64,000 nt of DNA from a virus (IMGVR_UViG_3300032214_000867:820-64819); one strand, 5' to 3'. Counted from the stretch's first letter, positions 26,634 to 37,652 are shown. A program made the numbers and translations. The notes: generated from the letters alone by a model not told the origin.

Positions 26634-26849
26634 ATGTCTCTGATTCAAAAATTCAAGAAAGATGTTAGCACTCTTCGCCTTGCTGCTAATGGTGAAATCT
26701 ACCTTGACGTAAAAAGTCCTAAACTTTATAAAAAAGTTCGGCGTTATTATGAAAACGAAGGTGTAGTATTTTCTGGAGATCCTTTGGATGATTATGAAAT
26801 GCTTATGGAGTATCTCTATCAAGATTTAGAAACAATTGAAGTTGCTTGA
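26634..26849 (+). CDS. Conserved cyanophage hypothetical protein
   Basis: LDVKSPKLYKKVRRYYENEGVVFSGDPLDDYE; upstream TTGACT..TATAAT. Confidence 0.7.
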   Translation: MSLIQKFKKDVSTLRLAANGEIYLDVKSPKLYKKVRRYYENEGVVFSGDPLDDYEMLMEYLYQDLETIEVA

Positions 26850-26853
26850 TAAA

Positions 26854-26960
26854 ATAGACACGGAGAGTCTATAAAAGAACTGGTGGAGTCAATCCCAATA
26901 TGCCCGTGATGGAGACACGTTAAAAACCCTGGTGCGGATGGGATAACTCCCGCTCAGTTT
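26854..26960 (+). ncRNA. wcaG RNA motif
   Basis: Two UGGUG segments (26881, 26930), AACTG/CAGTT closing stem, directly upstream of gmd-fcl as described for wcaG RNAs. Confidence 0.72.
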
Positions 26961-27050
26961 TACATCTGAATAAAATGTAAATAATTGCATGAAGGCGGGT
27001 TGTTTAAACCTGTCTTTTTTGCTATAATAGAATAATTCATATTATATTTT

Positions 27051-28052
27051 ATGAAAGTTGCATTAATAACAGGTATAACAGGTCAAGATGGATCATATCT
27101 TGCTGAACTTCTTTTAGAAAAAGAATATGAAGTTCATGGTATTGTTCGTAGATCTTCTTTAATTAATACTGATCGTATTGACCATATTTACGATCAAATT
27201 AAACTTCATTATGGAGATCTTACTGATTCTACAAACTTGGTAAAAGTTATTCAGCAGGTTCAACCTGATGAGATTTATAATCTAGGTGCTCAAAGTCATG
27301 TAAAAGTATCGTTTGAGATGCCTGAATATACAGGTCAAACTGATGGATTAGGAACTCTTCGCATTCTTGAGGCAGTTCGTCTTTTGGGAATGGAAAAGAA
27401 AACTAGAATTTATCAAGCATCAACTTCAGAAATGTTTGGCGAAGTTCAGGAAATTCCTCAAAAAGAAACCACACCTTTTTACCCTCGTTCACCTTATGGA
27501 GTTGCAAAAGTTTATGGATACTGGATCGTTAAAAACTATAGAGAGTCATATGGACTACATGCAAATTCTGGAATTCTTTTCAATCACGAATCCCCTAGAA
27601 GAGGAGAAACTTTTGTCACAAGAAAAATCACTCGCGGACTATCACGCATTTCAACTGGGCAACAAGATATACTATATCTCGGCAACCTGAACGCAAAACG
27701 TGACTGGGGACATGCTAAAGACTTTGTAGAAGCAATGTGGTTGATGTTGCAGCAAGATGAACCAGATGATTATGTAATTGCCACAGGGGAGCAGTATTCA
27801 GTTCGTGAGTTTGTTGAGGCAGCAGCACCTTATTTTGGTATGAGTATTGCCTGGGAAGGTGAAGGATTAAATGAGGTTGGTATTGATAAACTTACTAAAA
27901 GAGAGGTTATAAAAGTTAGTCCTAAATATTTCCGACCTGCTGAAGTAGAGACCTTATTAGGTGATGCCACGAAGGCAAAGAAAAAATTAGGTTGGGAACC
28001 TAAAATTTCATTTGAACAATTAGTTGAGGATATGTGCATTTATGGACAGTAA
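27051..28052 (+). CDS. gmd: GDP-mannose 4,6-dehydratase
   Basis: [50 protein letters not shown]. Confidence 0.98.
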   Translation: MKVALITGITGQDGSYLAELLLEKEYEVHGIVRRSSLINTDRIDHIYDQIKLHYGDLTDSTNLVKVIQQVQPDEIYNLGAQSHVKVSFEMPEYTGQTDGLGTLRILEAVRLLGMEKKTRIYQASTSEMFGEVQEIPQKETTPFYPRSPYGVAKVYGYWIVKNYRESYGLHANSGILFNHESPRRGETFVTRKITRGLSRISTGQQDILYLGNLNAKRDWGHAKDFVEAMWLMLQQDEPDDYVIATGEQYSVREFVEAAAPYFGMSIAWEGEGLNEVGIDKLTKREVIKVSPKYFRPAEVETLLGDATKAKKKLGWEPKISFEQLVEDMCIYGQ

Positions 28053-28977
28053 TTCTAGAGTATTAGTTGCTGGTGCTAACGGGATGGTTGGTTCGGCAAT
28101 TGTGAGAAATCTTGAAAGTAAAGGATATACGAATATTATTAAAGGTACTCGTGATAATGTTGACTTTACAAATCAAGAAGAAACTGAAAAATATTTTTCT
28201 TATGAAAACCCAGAATATGTTTTTCTTTCTGCTGCTAAAGTTGGAGGAATTGTTGCAAATAAAACATATCCAGCACAATTCATTTATGATAATTTGATGA
28301 TACAATCTAATGTCATCAATACTTCTTATAATTTTGGTGTTAAAAAATTAGTTTTTCTTGGATCTTCTTGCATTTATCCAAAACATTCTAATATTCCTAT
28401 AACCGAAGATCAACTTTTAACTGGACCATTAGAAAAATCTAATGATGCTTATGCTATTGCTAAAATAGCAGGAATTAGAATGTGCGAGGCATATCGCCAA
28501 CAGCATGGTTTTAATGCTATTTCCTTAATGCCTACTAATCTTTACGGTCCTAATGATAATTTTGACTTTGAAACCTCGCATGTTTTTCCTGCAATGATTG
28601 CAAAATTTCATGATGCGGTTACAAATCACAGTGAGCACTGGGAAGTCAAACTGTGGGGAGATGGTTCTGCGATGAGAGAGTTTTTACACGTCGATGATTT
28701 GGCAGAAGCATGTTATATTTGTATGCAAAAGTATGAAGATCAAAATCATATTAATATTGGCACTGGTGAAGACGTAACTATTAAAGAATTATCTAAAATG
28801 ATTGCAGAAGTAATTGGTTATAAACGTGATATTAATTGGGATACTGCAAAACCAAATGGTACTCCACGTAAAGTTCTAAATGTGGATAAAATTAAATCAC
28901 TTGGATGGGAACCAAAGATTAGTCTTTTCGAAGGGATCAAAAAAACATATGAATGGTATAAAGAAAATGCAATTTAA
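28042..28977 (+). CDS. fcl: GDP-L-fucose synthase family epimerase/reductase (Fcl or ColC)
   Basis: [40 protein letters not shown]. Confidence 0.93.
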   Translation: MDSNSRVLVAGANGMVGSAIVRNLESKGYTNIIKGTRDNVDFTNQEETEKYFSYENPEYVFLSAAKVGGIVANKTYPAQFIYDNLMIQSNVINTSYNFGVKKLVFLGSSCIYPKHSNIPITEDQLLTGPLEKSNDAYAIAKIAGIRMCEAYRQQHGFNAISLMPTNLYGPNDNFDFETSHVFPAMIAKFHDAVTNHSEHWEVKLWGDGSAMREFLHVDDLAEACYICMQKYEDQNHINIGTGEDVTIKELSKMIAEVIGYKRDINWDTAKPNGTPRKVLNVDKIKSLGWEPKISLFEGIKKTYEWYKENAI

Positions 28978-30121
28978 ATGGCCGTTAATGAAGAATAATA
29001 TCACTTTTAGTGATAAATTTAGTCTTGCTAAATTTGTTTTAACTTCTGATCGTTTTACTAACGGTAAAATGGTTAAAAAGTTTGAAAATGAGTGGAGTAA
29101 ATGGTTAGGATCAAAATACTCACTCTATGTTTCTTCTGGAAGCACTGCAAATTATTTACTTCTTTCTGCAGTTAAAGAACTTTATAATTTAAAAGATGGT
29201 GATAAAGTTTTAGTTCCATCTTGTACTTGGGTAACTAATGTTGGACCAGTTATTCAATTAGGATTTACTCCTATCTTTTGTGATATTAATACGAATAATT
29301 TTAGTTTTTGTGAAGAAGACCTTGAATTTATTGCAGAAAAACATCCTGATATTAAATTGATATTTGTTACACATTTAATTGGATTCTCTGCTAACACTGA
29401 AAGATATCGCACTCTTTTTCCTAACGCCTTAATTTTAGATGATATATGCGAATCTCATGGATGCAAATCTCCAGATGGATCTAAAAGAGGATCTGATAGT
29501 TTAGGTGCTACATTTAGTTTTTATTTTGGGCATCATATGACAACAATTGAAGGTGGAATGGTGTCTACTAATAATTATGAATTGTATGACTTAATGCGTA
29601 TGAAAAGAAGTCATGGATTGGCAAGGGAATCTACTAGATATCAAGAATATGTGGATCAGTATCCAGATATATCAAATCAATTTTTGTTCATAACAGATGG
29701 ATATAACTTTAGAAATCACGAACTTTGTGCTGTAATTGGACTATCGCAACTGAAAAGACTTGATAAGTATATAGAAATCAGGAATAAAAATTATCTAAAT
29801 TTTATAGAATTAGTAAAAAAATATCCAGATAAATTTATTGCACCAAAGTATTATCCAACTTGTAGTAATTTTTGCTTTCCTTTGTTATGTAAAACAAAAG
29901 AGATTGCAGATGATCTAAAACAAAAATTTACAGAGATTGGTATTGAACATAGACCAATTATTAGTGGTAATTTGCTAAAGCAACCTTTTTTAAAAGGTCA
30001 TGGTATAACAACAAATAAAGATACATTAACTGTTGAATTTGTTCATAATAATGGAATATATCTTGGAAATAATCACTTTGTTAGTGAAAAAGAATTAAGG
30101 TTACTTGAAAGTGTTTTTTAA
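28967..30121 (+). CDS. colD: PLP-dependent GDP-4-keto-6-deoxymannose 3-dehydratase (ColD-like, DegT family)
   Basis: SSGSTAN, DDICESHG, FSFYFGHHMTTIEGG with His in place of the Schiff-base Lys; no Fe-S Cys cluster of E1/RfbH. Confidence 0.8.
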   Translation: MQFKWPLMKNNITFSDKFSLAKFVLTSDRFTNGKMVKKFENEWSKWLGSKYSLYVSSGSTANYLLLSAVKELYNLKDGDKVLVPSCTWVTNVGPVIQLGFTPIFCDINTNNFSFCEEDLEFIAEKHPDIKLIFVTHLIGFSANTERYRTLFPNALILDDICESHGCKSPDGSKRGSDSLGATFSFYFGHHMTTIEGGMVSTNNYELYDLMRMKRSHGLARESTRYQEYVDQYPDISNQFLFITDGYNFRNHELCAVIGLSQLKRLDKYIEIRNKNYLNFIELVKKYPDKFIAPKYYPTCSNFCFPLLCKTKEIADDLKQKFTEIGIEHRPIISGNLLKQPFLKGHGITTNKDTLTVEFVHNNGIYLGNNHFVSEKELRLLESVF

Positions 30122-30910
30122 ATGGAATTTTCTATAAATGAATTTGGCAATAATGGGCATTTGGGAAATCAAATGTTTCAATATGCATTTGTAAAAGCAA
30201 TTGCAAAAAAATATAATGCAACTTTCTACATACCTCCAAAAGAAGTATTTGGTAAATTTTATTATCAAAGACTTTTTAGTAATGTAGATGAATGCTTTGA
30301 TATTAAATGTAATAGAGAAATGAAACGGTATCCGAGCATTCATGAAAAATATTTTCATTATGATCAAGATTTAATTAATAATATTGAAGGAGATCATAAT
30401 TTTGTAGGGTTTTTTCAATCCGAAAAATACTTTAAAGATATAGAGGAAGAGTTGCGTTCTGTTGATTTTGTTTTTAAAAAAGATATACAAGAAGAATGCA
30501 AAGAAATAGTTGAAGAATATAAAGGGTCAATAGCATTACATATTCGACGAAATGATTTTGTAACAAATCCTAATCATCCTGTACAAAGTAATCAATATTA
30601 TATTGATGCTCTTAATCAATTTCCTCAAGATTTATCTGTTCTTGTTTTTTCTGATGATATTGCATGGTGTAAAAAACAAGAAATGTTCTCGGACGATAGG
30701 TTCTTAATTTCTGAAACTGAAAATGCTTATTTTGATTTGTATATTATGAGTCAATGTGCTTATCATATTATTTGTAATAGTACTTTCAGTTGGTGGGGAG
30801 CATGGTTAGCAGATAGTAAAAATGTGATTGCCCCTAAAAATTGGTTTTCTGGTGATTGTATTAATCATGATACTAAAGATCTTTATTTGCCTCATTGGAA
30901 GTTACTATGA
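30122..30910 (+). CDS. GT11 alpha-1,2-fucosyltransferase-like
   Basis: GHLGNQMFQYA, GFFQSEKYF, ALHIRRND, FSDD, NSTFSWWGAWL. Confidence 0.93.
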   Translation: MEFSINEFGNNGHLGNQMFQYAFVKAIAKKYNATFYIPPKEVFGKFYYQRLFSNVDECFDIKCNREMKRYPSIHEKYFHYDQDLINNIEGDHNFVGFFQSEKYFKDIEEELRSVDFVFKKDIQEECKEIVEEYKGSIALHIRRNDFVTNPNHPVQSNQYYIDALNQFPQDLSVLVFSDDIAWCKKQEMFSDDRFLISETENAYFDLYIMSQCAYHIICNSTFSWWGAWLADSKNVIAPKNWFSGDCINHDTKDLYLPHWKLL

Positions 30911-31677
30911 ACCTTTATGTTTATTTGATGGGTGGATTGGGAAATCAAATGTTTCAATATGCTGCTGGGATATCTGCTTTAACGGAGTATCCCGAATTTA
31001 CCAATCTTAAGATAGACGCTAGTTTTTATAACAATCAACAAAGAAAAGTAATTGTTGATGGTATGACTGGTAGAGGATATGATTTAGATTTGTTTAATAT
31101 AAAATATAATCAAGTTGAGGAAACACCAGATGGGGCAGTAATGCTCCAAGGTTGGTTTCAAAATATAAAGGAATTTGATAACGTCATTGATGATGTGAAG
31201 GAACAGTTTACTTTTAAAAATACTTTTCCAGAAAATATACAAACACTATCCGAAAAAATTAAAGATACTGAAGATAGTGTTTGTATTCATGTTAGAAGGT
31301 CTGATTATGTAAATAATCCAACTGCAAATGCACATCATGGTGTTTTAGAACTTGAGTATTATGAAACTGCAAAAAAACTTATTGAGGATAGATACAAAAA
31401 TCCAGTTTATTATGTTTTTTCTGATGATATAGAATGGTGCAAAAATAACTTAACATCAGATTGTGAAATCAATTTTATTGGTAATGATTATTCTGGGGAT
31501 CGAGATAGTGGTCACTTACATTTAATGCAGATGTGTAAAAATCATATTATTGCCAATAGTTCTTTTAGTTGGTGGGGTGCATTTTTGTCAAAATCTAGAT
31601 ATACAATAGCACCCAAAAAATGGAGACGAGATGGTAATGGTTGTGATATAATATTAGATAACTGGGTAAAATTATGA
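30907..31677 (+). CDS. GT11 alpha-1,2-fucosyltransferase-like
   Basis: GGLGNQMFQYA, IHVRRSDY, FSDD, NSSFSWWGAFL. Confidence 0.93.
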   Translation: MNLYVYLMGGLGNQMFQYAAGISALTEYPEFTNLKIDASFYNNQQRKVIVDGMTGRGYDLDLFNIKYNQVEETPDGAVMLQGWFQNIKEFDNVIDDVKEQFTFKNTFPENIQTLSEKIKDTEDSVCIHVRRSDYVNNPTANAHHGVLELEYYETAKKLIEDRYKNPVYYVFSDDIEWCKNNLTSDCEINFIGNDYSGDRDSGHLHLMQMCKNHIIANSSFSWWGAFLSKSRYTIAPKKWRRDGNGCDIILDNWVKL

Positions 31678-32402
31678 AAAAAGATTTAATAAAAAAAATA
31701 ATAGAAATTGCGTATATTAAAAGAGAGGGACATATTGCCAGTTCTCTTTCCATACTAGATGTATTGATGGTTTTATATTCTGATTTTATTAATGAAAAAA
31801 ATAAATTTGTATTATCAAAGGGACATGCATCTCTTGGTTTGTATGTTGTATTAAATTATTTTAACTTGTTAGAAGAAGATATTGATACATTTTGCGATTT
31901 TAATTCTTCTCTTGGTGGGCATCCTTCAAATAAAGTAAAGAATGTCGAAAGTTCTACTGGTTCTTTGGGGCATGGATTTCCATTTGCACTTGGCATGGCA
32001 ATGGCAAAAAAAATTAAAAATGAAGATGGAAAAATATTTACTATAATCGGTGATGGAGAATCTAATGAAGGAACTATTTGGGAAACTGCTTTATTAGCAT
32101 CTCATCACAAATTGGATAATTTTTGTTGCATTCTTGATCATAATCATTCAACTAATAGAGCTTTGGGTATTGGAAATATGCTTGAAAAATTTAAATCTTT
32201 TGGGTGGGATGTTTCCGAAGTTGATGGGCATAATCAAATAGAATTAAAAGAAGTTTTATCTAAAAACTTTGATCGTCCTCATTTTGTTCTGGCAAATACT
32301 GTCAAAGGAAAGGGATGTAAAATTATGGAAAGTAATCCAGAATGGCATCATAAATTTCCAACAGAGGAAGAATATTCTAAAATATTACATGAAATATTTT
32401 AG
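31674..32402 (+). CDS. Transketolase-like N-terminal (TPP-binding) subunit
   Basis: GHIASSLS, LSKGHA, STGSLGHG, GDGESNEG..WE. Confidence 0.92.
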   Translation: MKKDLIKKIIEIAYIKREGHIASSLSILDVLMVLYSDFINEKNKFVLSKGHASLGLYVVLNYFNLLEEDIDTFCDFNSSLGGHPSNKVKNVESSTGSLGHGFPFALGMAMAKKIKNEDGKIFTIIGDGESNEGTIWETALLASHHKLDNFCCILDHNHSTNRALGIGNMLEKFKSFGWDVSEVDGHNQIELKEVLSKNFDRPHFVLANTVKGKGCKIMESNPEWHHKFPTEEEYSKILHEIF

Positions 32403-33180
32403 AATATATAATAAGAACTATTTTTTTTTTATGAAATATAATCACGAGACTCCAATTTGTAATTCTAATATGTCCAAAATTTTGGATTATTGTAAAGATG
32501 TTAAATGCGTTTTTGAAATAGGTGCATATGATGGAGTTGATATAGAAGAAATAAAAGGATTATTTGGAGAGGAATGTCACATACATGCATTTGAACCAGA
32601 TTTTGAATCTTTTCCAATATTAGAAGAATACTATAAATCTGATACTGTTTTTTGTAATAATATAGCATTATCTAATTTTATTGGGGAAACTAAATTTGTA
32701 AAATGTTACGATCCTGATCTTGTAGACCCAGATACTAATGAATTACGTAGAAATAGACAACATCCGGCAGATTTGTGGTATAAAACAATTCAATCTTTAC
32801 GTTATAATAATGTAAAATTATTGAATGAAAGCGGTCTTAGACCAGGAACTAAAATAATTCATAAAGAATATCCAGTTTCGGTAACTACAATTGATGAATA
32901 TTGTAAGGTTAATAATTTAAAACCTGATGTTTTGCTTTTAGATACGCAAGGAAGTGAGTATGAGATCCTTGAGGGTGCTAAATCTATACTGAATAGTGTT
33001 CAAGCAATATCTACCGAATGGTCGGCAATAGAATTGTATGAAGACCAAAAATTACTTTCTGATATTGAAAATATTTTAGGAGAATATGGATTTAGATTAG
33101 TTGAAAAGGTAGATTTGTGGTGTTTGCCTGGCAATGTATATACTCCAATTCATGGAGATGCTATTTTTGCAAAAGTTTAA
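32389..33180 (+). CDS. FkbM family methyltransferase (alternative start 32431)
   Basis: FEIGAYDG, HAFEP, LDTQGSEYEILEG. Confidence 0.85.
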   Translation: MKYFRIYNKNYFFFMKYNHETPICNSNMSKILDYCKDVKCVFEIGAYDGVDIEEIKGLFGEECHIHAFEPDFESFPILEEYYKSDTVFCNNIALSNFIGETKFVKCYDPDLVDPDTNELRRNRQHPADLWYKTIQSLRYNNVKLLNESGLRPGTKIIHKEYPVSVTTIDEYCKVNNLKPDVLLLDTQGSEYEILEGAKSILNSVQAISTEWSAIELYEDQKLLSDIENILGEYGFRLVEKVDLWCLPGNVYTPIHGDAIFAKV

Positions 33181-33217
33181 TTAATTTAAAAAAATTACAA
33201 AAATTTGAATTGAAAAA

Positions 33218-34090
33218 ATGAGAAAACAATTTGTAAAAACTTTAAAAAATATTCTTTATAATGATGAAAGAACAGTTCTTTTATTGGGTGATATTGGTGT
33301 ATATGGATTTAGGGATGAATTGAGAGATATACCTAATAGAGCATATAATATTGGAATTTTAGAACAAAGTACAGTAAGTATGGCATCTGGAATGTCTCAT
33401 TCTGGATTGATTCCTTTTATTCATACTATTGCTCCATTTATGGTTGAGAGAGCATTTGAACAAATAAAGGATGATTTTGGTTATCAAAATTTAAATGGAA
33501 ACTTCGTAAGTATTGGTAATTCTTATGATTTTTCTGCTTTAGGATGCACTCACCATTGTCCAGGGGATGTTCAAATTTTAATGAGCATTCCTAATATTAA
33601 AATTTTTACACCAGGAACAAGTTCAGAATTGAATTATTTAATGAATAAAAATTATGATAAAGGTGTGAATTATTATAGACTGAGTGAATATGAAAATGAT
33701 GTTTCTTATGAAACTGATAAAATTTCTGTAATTAAAACAGGATCTAAAGCTACTGTTTTATGTTTTGGTAATAAATTAAATGAAACTATAGAAGCATGTA
33801 AGGATATTGATGTAACTTTATTATATTCTAATACTGTAACTCCATTTGATGAGCAGACTTTAAAAAACAATTTCAATAAAAATATTATAGTTGTTCAACC
33901 TTTCTATGTTGGATCTGTTGATAGTTTAATTTCTAAAGTTTTTCAGGATCAGTATTATAGGATATATAATATAGGAATTCCCAAACAATTCCTAACCAAA
34001 TATGGATCTAAAAATGAACAAGACATTTATCTTGGATTAGATACTGAAGGAATTTTTAATCAAATAAAAAATATTTTGGGGAACATTTAA
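33218..34090 (+). CDS. Transketolase-like C-terminal subunit
   Basis: NIGILEQ, RAFEQIK, LGCTHH, YYRL. Confidence 0.9.
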   Translation: MRKQFVKTLKNILYNDERTVLLLGDIGVYGFRDELRDIPNRAYNIGILEQSTVSMASGMSHSGLIPFIHTIAPFMVERAFEQIKDDFGYQNLNGNFVSIGNSYDFSALGCTHHCPGDVQILMSIPNIKIFTPGTSSELNYLMNKNYDKGVNYYRLSEYENDVSYETDKISVIKTGSKATVLCFGNKLNETIEACKDIDVTLLYSNTVTPFDEQTLKNNFNKNIIVVQPFYVGSVDSLISKVFQDQYYRIYNIGIPKQFLTKYGSKNEQDIYLGLDTEGIFNQIKNILGNI

Positions 34091-34092
34091 GT

Positions 34093-35133
34093 ATGATAGA
34101 TTTAATTTTTGATAATGCACAAAAAAATGTTGATGTTATAGATTTTTCTAAATTAGATAATAAGAGAATTTTATTGACTGGATGTAGTGGTTTAATAGGA
34201 ATTCATTTACTTTCTACATTAAAATTGTTGAAAAGTAAGTATAATATTGATATATATTGCTTGGTTCATGATACTCCAGAACCTCCATTTGACGTATTAT
34301 TTAAAGATTGTTTTGTGGTAAAGGGTGATCTTGTTAAATCTGATAGTGTAGATTATCTTTTAAATATATTTTCAGAAAATCAAGTTGGTGTTGATTATAT
34401 TATACATGCTGCAGGATATGCCCAACCAAAGAAGTTTACTGGGGATAAATTAAACACTATTCTTTTGAATACCAAAACAACTTCAGATTTGTTCAGGTTA
34501 TTAAATCCTGGTGGGTCTTTTTTATTTTTGAGTTCAAGCGAACTTTACAGTGGTTTAGATATTGAAAATATTAGTGAAGATTTAATAGGAAATACAACTC
34601 CAGATCATCCTAGGTCTTGCTATATTGATTCCAAAAGGTGTGGTGAATCAATAGTTCACTCTTTTAAGGAAAAGGGATTCGATACAAAAATTGCACGAGT
34701 AAGTCTTACTTATGGTCCAGGAACTAAAAAAAATGATTGTAGAGTTATGTCTGATTTTGTAACAAAAGCTCTACAAAATGGTATAATAAGTTTAATAGAT
34801 GATGGTCAATCTATTAGAACCTATTGTTATATTTCAGATACCACAGAAATGTTATGGAATATTTTATTGCATGGTAAGCAAATTGTATATAATGTTTCCG
34901 GAACTTCTAAAGTTTCTATTTTAGAAATGGCAAATAAGATTGGAAAAATATTAGATGCCAAAGTATCTTGCCCCGAAGACAATAAAAATTCTCTTCAAGG
35001 TAATCCTAAAGTAGTTAATTTAAGTTTAGAAAAATATATAATTGAATTTAATAAAACAGAATTTATTCCTATTGATTATGGAATAGAAAAAACAGTTGAA
35101 TGGATTAAATCACTTTATTCAGAGGAATTTTAA
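34093..35133 (+). CDS. NAD-dependent epimerase/dehydratase (UDP-glucuronate decarboxylase-like)
   Basis: TGCSGLIG, SSSELY, RSCYIDSKRCGE, TYGPG, RTYCYISD. Confidence 0.88.
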   Translation: MIDLIFDNAQKNVDVIDFSKLDNKRILLTGCSGLIGIHLLSTLKLLKSKYNIDIYCLVHDTPEPPFDVLFKDCFVVKGDLVKSDSVDYLLNIFSENQVGVDYIIHAAGYAQPKKFTGDKLNTILLNTKTTSDLFRLLNPGGSFLFLSSSELYSGLDIENISEDLIGNTTPDHPRSCYIDSKRCGESIVHSFKEKGFDTKIARVSLTYGPGTKKNDCRVMSDFVTKALQNGIISLIDDGQSIRTYCYISDTTEMLWNILLHGKQIVYNVSGTSKVSILEMANKIGKILDAKVSCPEDNKNSLQGNPKVVNLSLEKYIIEFNKTEFIPIDYGIEKTVEWIKSLYSEEF

Positions 35134-36024
35134 ATGTTACTTTCTATATTGGTGCCTGGAAAAAATGATAATTTTAGAAAAAGTAATTCTAAAGTTTTAA
35201 AATTTAATTTGGAGCAAACAATACATAACATCAAAGATTTGGGTGTTGATGACGTAGAGTTAGTTTTGTGTGACTGGGGATCCCCGAAAGAAAAAAGGAT
35301 AGTAGATGATATTGTTAAAACAAAACATATTAATTTTAAATGTGTATATGTGTCTCCGGAAATAGCACAAAAATATAATGGGGAATGGAATTATTCTATT
35401 GTTCACCCAATCAATACTGCATTCAGACACTCAACAGGTAAGTATGTTATTTTTTGGGATTCTGATTGTTTTCATACGTTGGAAGATTTCAAAAAACTTT
35501 ATGAGTTTGTTCAAAATATGGACAAAACTAATGATCTAAAGTTTTACTGGGGATCTAGGCATCATCTTCCGTATAGTAATTACTCAAACTTTGATAGACC
35601 AAAAGAACTTGAAAATTATTTAATTAATAATTTAAGTAATTTAAAGTTTAATATTGAAGGAACTGAAATGTATAATACTGGAAATATTCCAGGAATGGAA
35701 ATGGGTGGATTTTACGGAAATGGAATTTCTATGTTAATGAATAGAATGTTATGGGAAAGTAGTACTGGGTGGTTTGAAGAACTTCCATATTGGGGATTTC
35801 AAGATGTTGAATTCCACAATAGACTGTTGCAAAGGTATAAGCATGGAGGAGATCTTGCCAAGTTTGGAATTAATTTTTATCATTTATTACCTAATGATAA
35901 TCATATGGATTTTAATAACGATAAGCATCCAAATATGAAGATGAATAAACATCATGGGTCTGAAAAATTTGAAGCCAATCCTCCTAGTTGGGGTCTTTCT
36001 AATGAAATGTTAGAGGTTATTTGA
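35134..36024 (+). CDS. GT-A fold glycosyltransferase (GT2-like)
   Basis: LVLCDWGS, FWDSD, WGFQDVEF..RL. Confidence 0.75.
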   Translation: MLLSILVPGKNDNFRKSNSKVLKFNLEQTIHNIKDLGVDDVELVLCDWGSPKEKRIVDDIVKTKHINFKCVYVSPEIAQKYNGEWNYSIVHPINTAFRHSTGKYVIFWDSDCFHTLEDFKKLYEFVQNMDKTNDLKFYWGSRHHLPYSNYSNFDRPKELENYLINNLSNLKFNIEGTEMYNTGNIPGMEMGGFYGNGISMLMNRMLWESSTGWFEELPYWGFQDVEFHNRLLQRYKHGGDLAKFGINFYHLLPNDNHMDFNNDKHPNMKMNKHHGSEKFEANPPSWGLSNEMLEVI

Positions 36025-36028
36025 TATA

Positions 36029-36913
36029 ATGATCCGCATAGTAGATGTTCCAGATTCATTTCTTCCAAAAATGCCAATAGAATATCCTCCACATCAAGGA
36101 TCTAATCCTATGATTGAAGAAAGAGCATATTCTTTTTTTGCAACTAAACTGGAAATTCAATCCGAATACATTTATATTCCAATTCACTGGACTTCTTGGC
36201 ACATTAATCCTGGTGGTGAGTTTGGAAAAAATACACAACCTTTGATTAATTTTTGTCAAGAATTAATTCAAAAGCATCCTAATGAAAAATTTTTCACTAT
36301 TGTTCAATATGACGGTGGAACTTTAATTCCTATTGATAATTGTAAGATATTTGCCTCTTCTGGAAATTTTCTTTCTCCCCTAGGAAAAAATTCAGTTTAT
36401 GAACCTATTCCATTATTATGCAATCCTCATGATGGAATTCCAAAAGAAGTTAGAGAATATAAGGTTGGATACGTTGGAAAGGACACTCATCCGATTAGAT
36501 TTAAAATGAATCAGATTTTATCCAATTTTTCCGGATATAATATTATTGCAAATAATGAATATAATAAAACTGAGGTTTTTCGTGATGTTTTATATAATTC
36601 AGTATTTGCACTTGCTCCAAGAGGGTTTGGACCTGCTTCATTTAGAATGTATGAAGCAATTCAAATGCAGTGTATTCCCATTTATATTAGTGATGAGTTT
36701 TGGTTGCCTTTTGTTCAAGATATTGAATGGAGTAAAATGAGTTTATTGATTAAAGAAGAGGAAATTGAAACTATTCCCGAGAAAGTAGATACTTTATTAG
36801 AGAGTGGAGAATATCAAAATATGATTGATTATGGACAAGAAATTTATGAAAAATATTTGTCTTTTGATGGGTGTTTAAATACTATAGCGCAAAAAATATC
36901 AAATTATGATTGA
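36029..36913 (+). CDS. Exostosin-like GT47 glycosyltransferase
   Basis: THPIR, SVFALAPRGFGPASFRMYEAIQMQCIPIYISD..LPF. Confidence 0.88.
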   Translation: MIRIVDVPDSFLPKMPIEYPPHQGSNPMIEERAYSFFATKLEIQSEYIYIPIHWTSWHINPGGEFGKNTQPLINFCQELIQKHPNEKFFTIVQYDGGTLIPIDNCKIFASSGNFLSPLGKNSVYEPIPLLCNPHDGIPKEVREYKVGYVGKDTHPIRFKMNQILSNFSGYNIIANNEYNKTEVFRDVLYNSVFALAPRGFGPASFRMYEAIQMQCIPIYISDEFWLPFVQDIEWSKMSLLIKEEEIETIPEKVDTLLESGEYQNMIDYGQEIYEKYLSFDGCLNTIAQKISNYD

Positions 36914-37652
36914 TAAAATTTCTTTAGCCATTCCATTTTATAATACCTCTAAATATTTTTTAGAATGTATTAAATACTCTATTGATGATGATTTTGTATC
37001 TGAAATAGTAGTAAATGATGATCAGTCTAATGAAGAAGAATGGAATAATCTTAACACTATTGTTTCTGAATTAAATAATCCTAAAATAAAATTATACAGA
37101 AATCCTATAAATCTTGGCGGATTTAAAAATAAGTATAAAACTGTCAAGAAAACAACTTCAAATTGGGTTTATCTTCTAGACAGTGATAATTATTTGGATA
37201 TTACTACTTTAAATTTAATTAAAGATATTGAAAATCCAGATGAGAATATTTGTTATTGTCCACAAATAATGGTAATGTTCAATGATGATGGTGAAATTCT
37301 ACGAGAAGTTAATTTTGATTATCCTTATGATAATATAGGTTTTTCCGAGTCAAAAAAATCTATGGGAGATGTAAATTTTCCTATGTTTTTAAACACTGGT
37401 AATTATATTTTTGATAGGGAAAATTATCTTTCTAGAATGTATGACCTTTATACTAGACAAGAAGATCCTTTATCTTGTGATTGTATCGCTTTTCAATATA
37501 ATTGGATGTTGGTAGGTGGATACACAAAAATAGTTTCTAATTTAAAATACTATCATAGATTAAGAAATAATAGTTATTGGATGACTTGTGGACATAATTC
37601 TGATATTAAAGCTTCTTATTATATAAATTTATTTAATTCTGTTAAAAATTAA
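36906..37652 (+). CDS. GT2 glycosyltransferase
   Basis: ISLAIPFYN, VVNDDQS, NLGG..NK, LLDSD. Confidence 0.85.
   Translation: MIDKISLAIPFYNTSKYFLECIKYSIDDDFVSEIVVNDDQSNEEEWNNLNTIVSELNNPKIKLYRNPINLGGFKNKYKTVKKTTSNWVYLLDSDNYLDITTLNLIKDIENPDENICYCPQIMVMFNDDGEILREVNFDYPYDNIGFSESKKSMGDVNFPMFLNTGNYIFDRENYLSRMYDLYTRQEDPLSCDCIAFQYNWMLVGGYTKIVSNLKYYHRLRNNSYWMTCGHNSDIKASYYINLFNSVKN

Noticed and set aside
31674-34090. Transketolase as a pentose-phosphate/Calvin AMG
   Set aside because: Short split form embedded among nucleotide-sugar genes points to glycan synthesis
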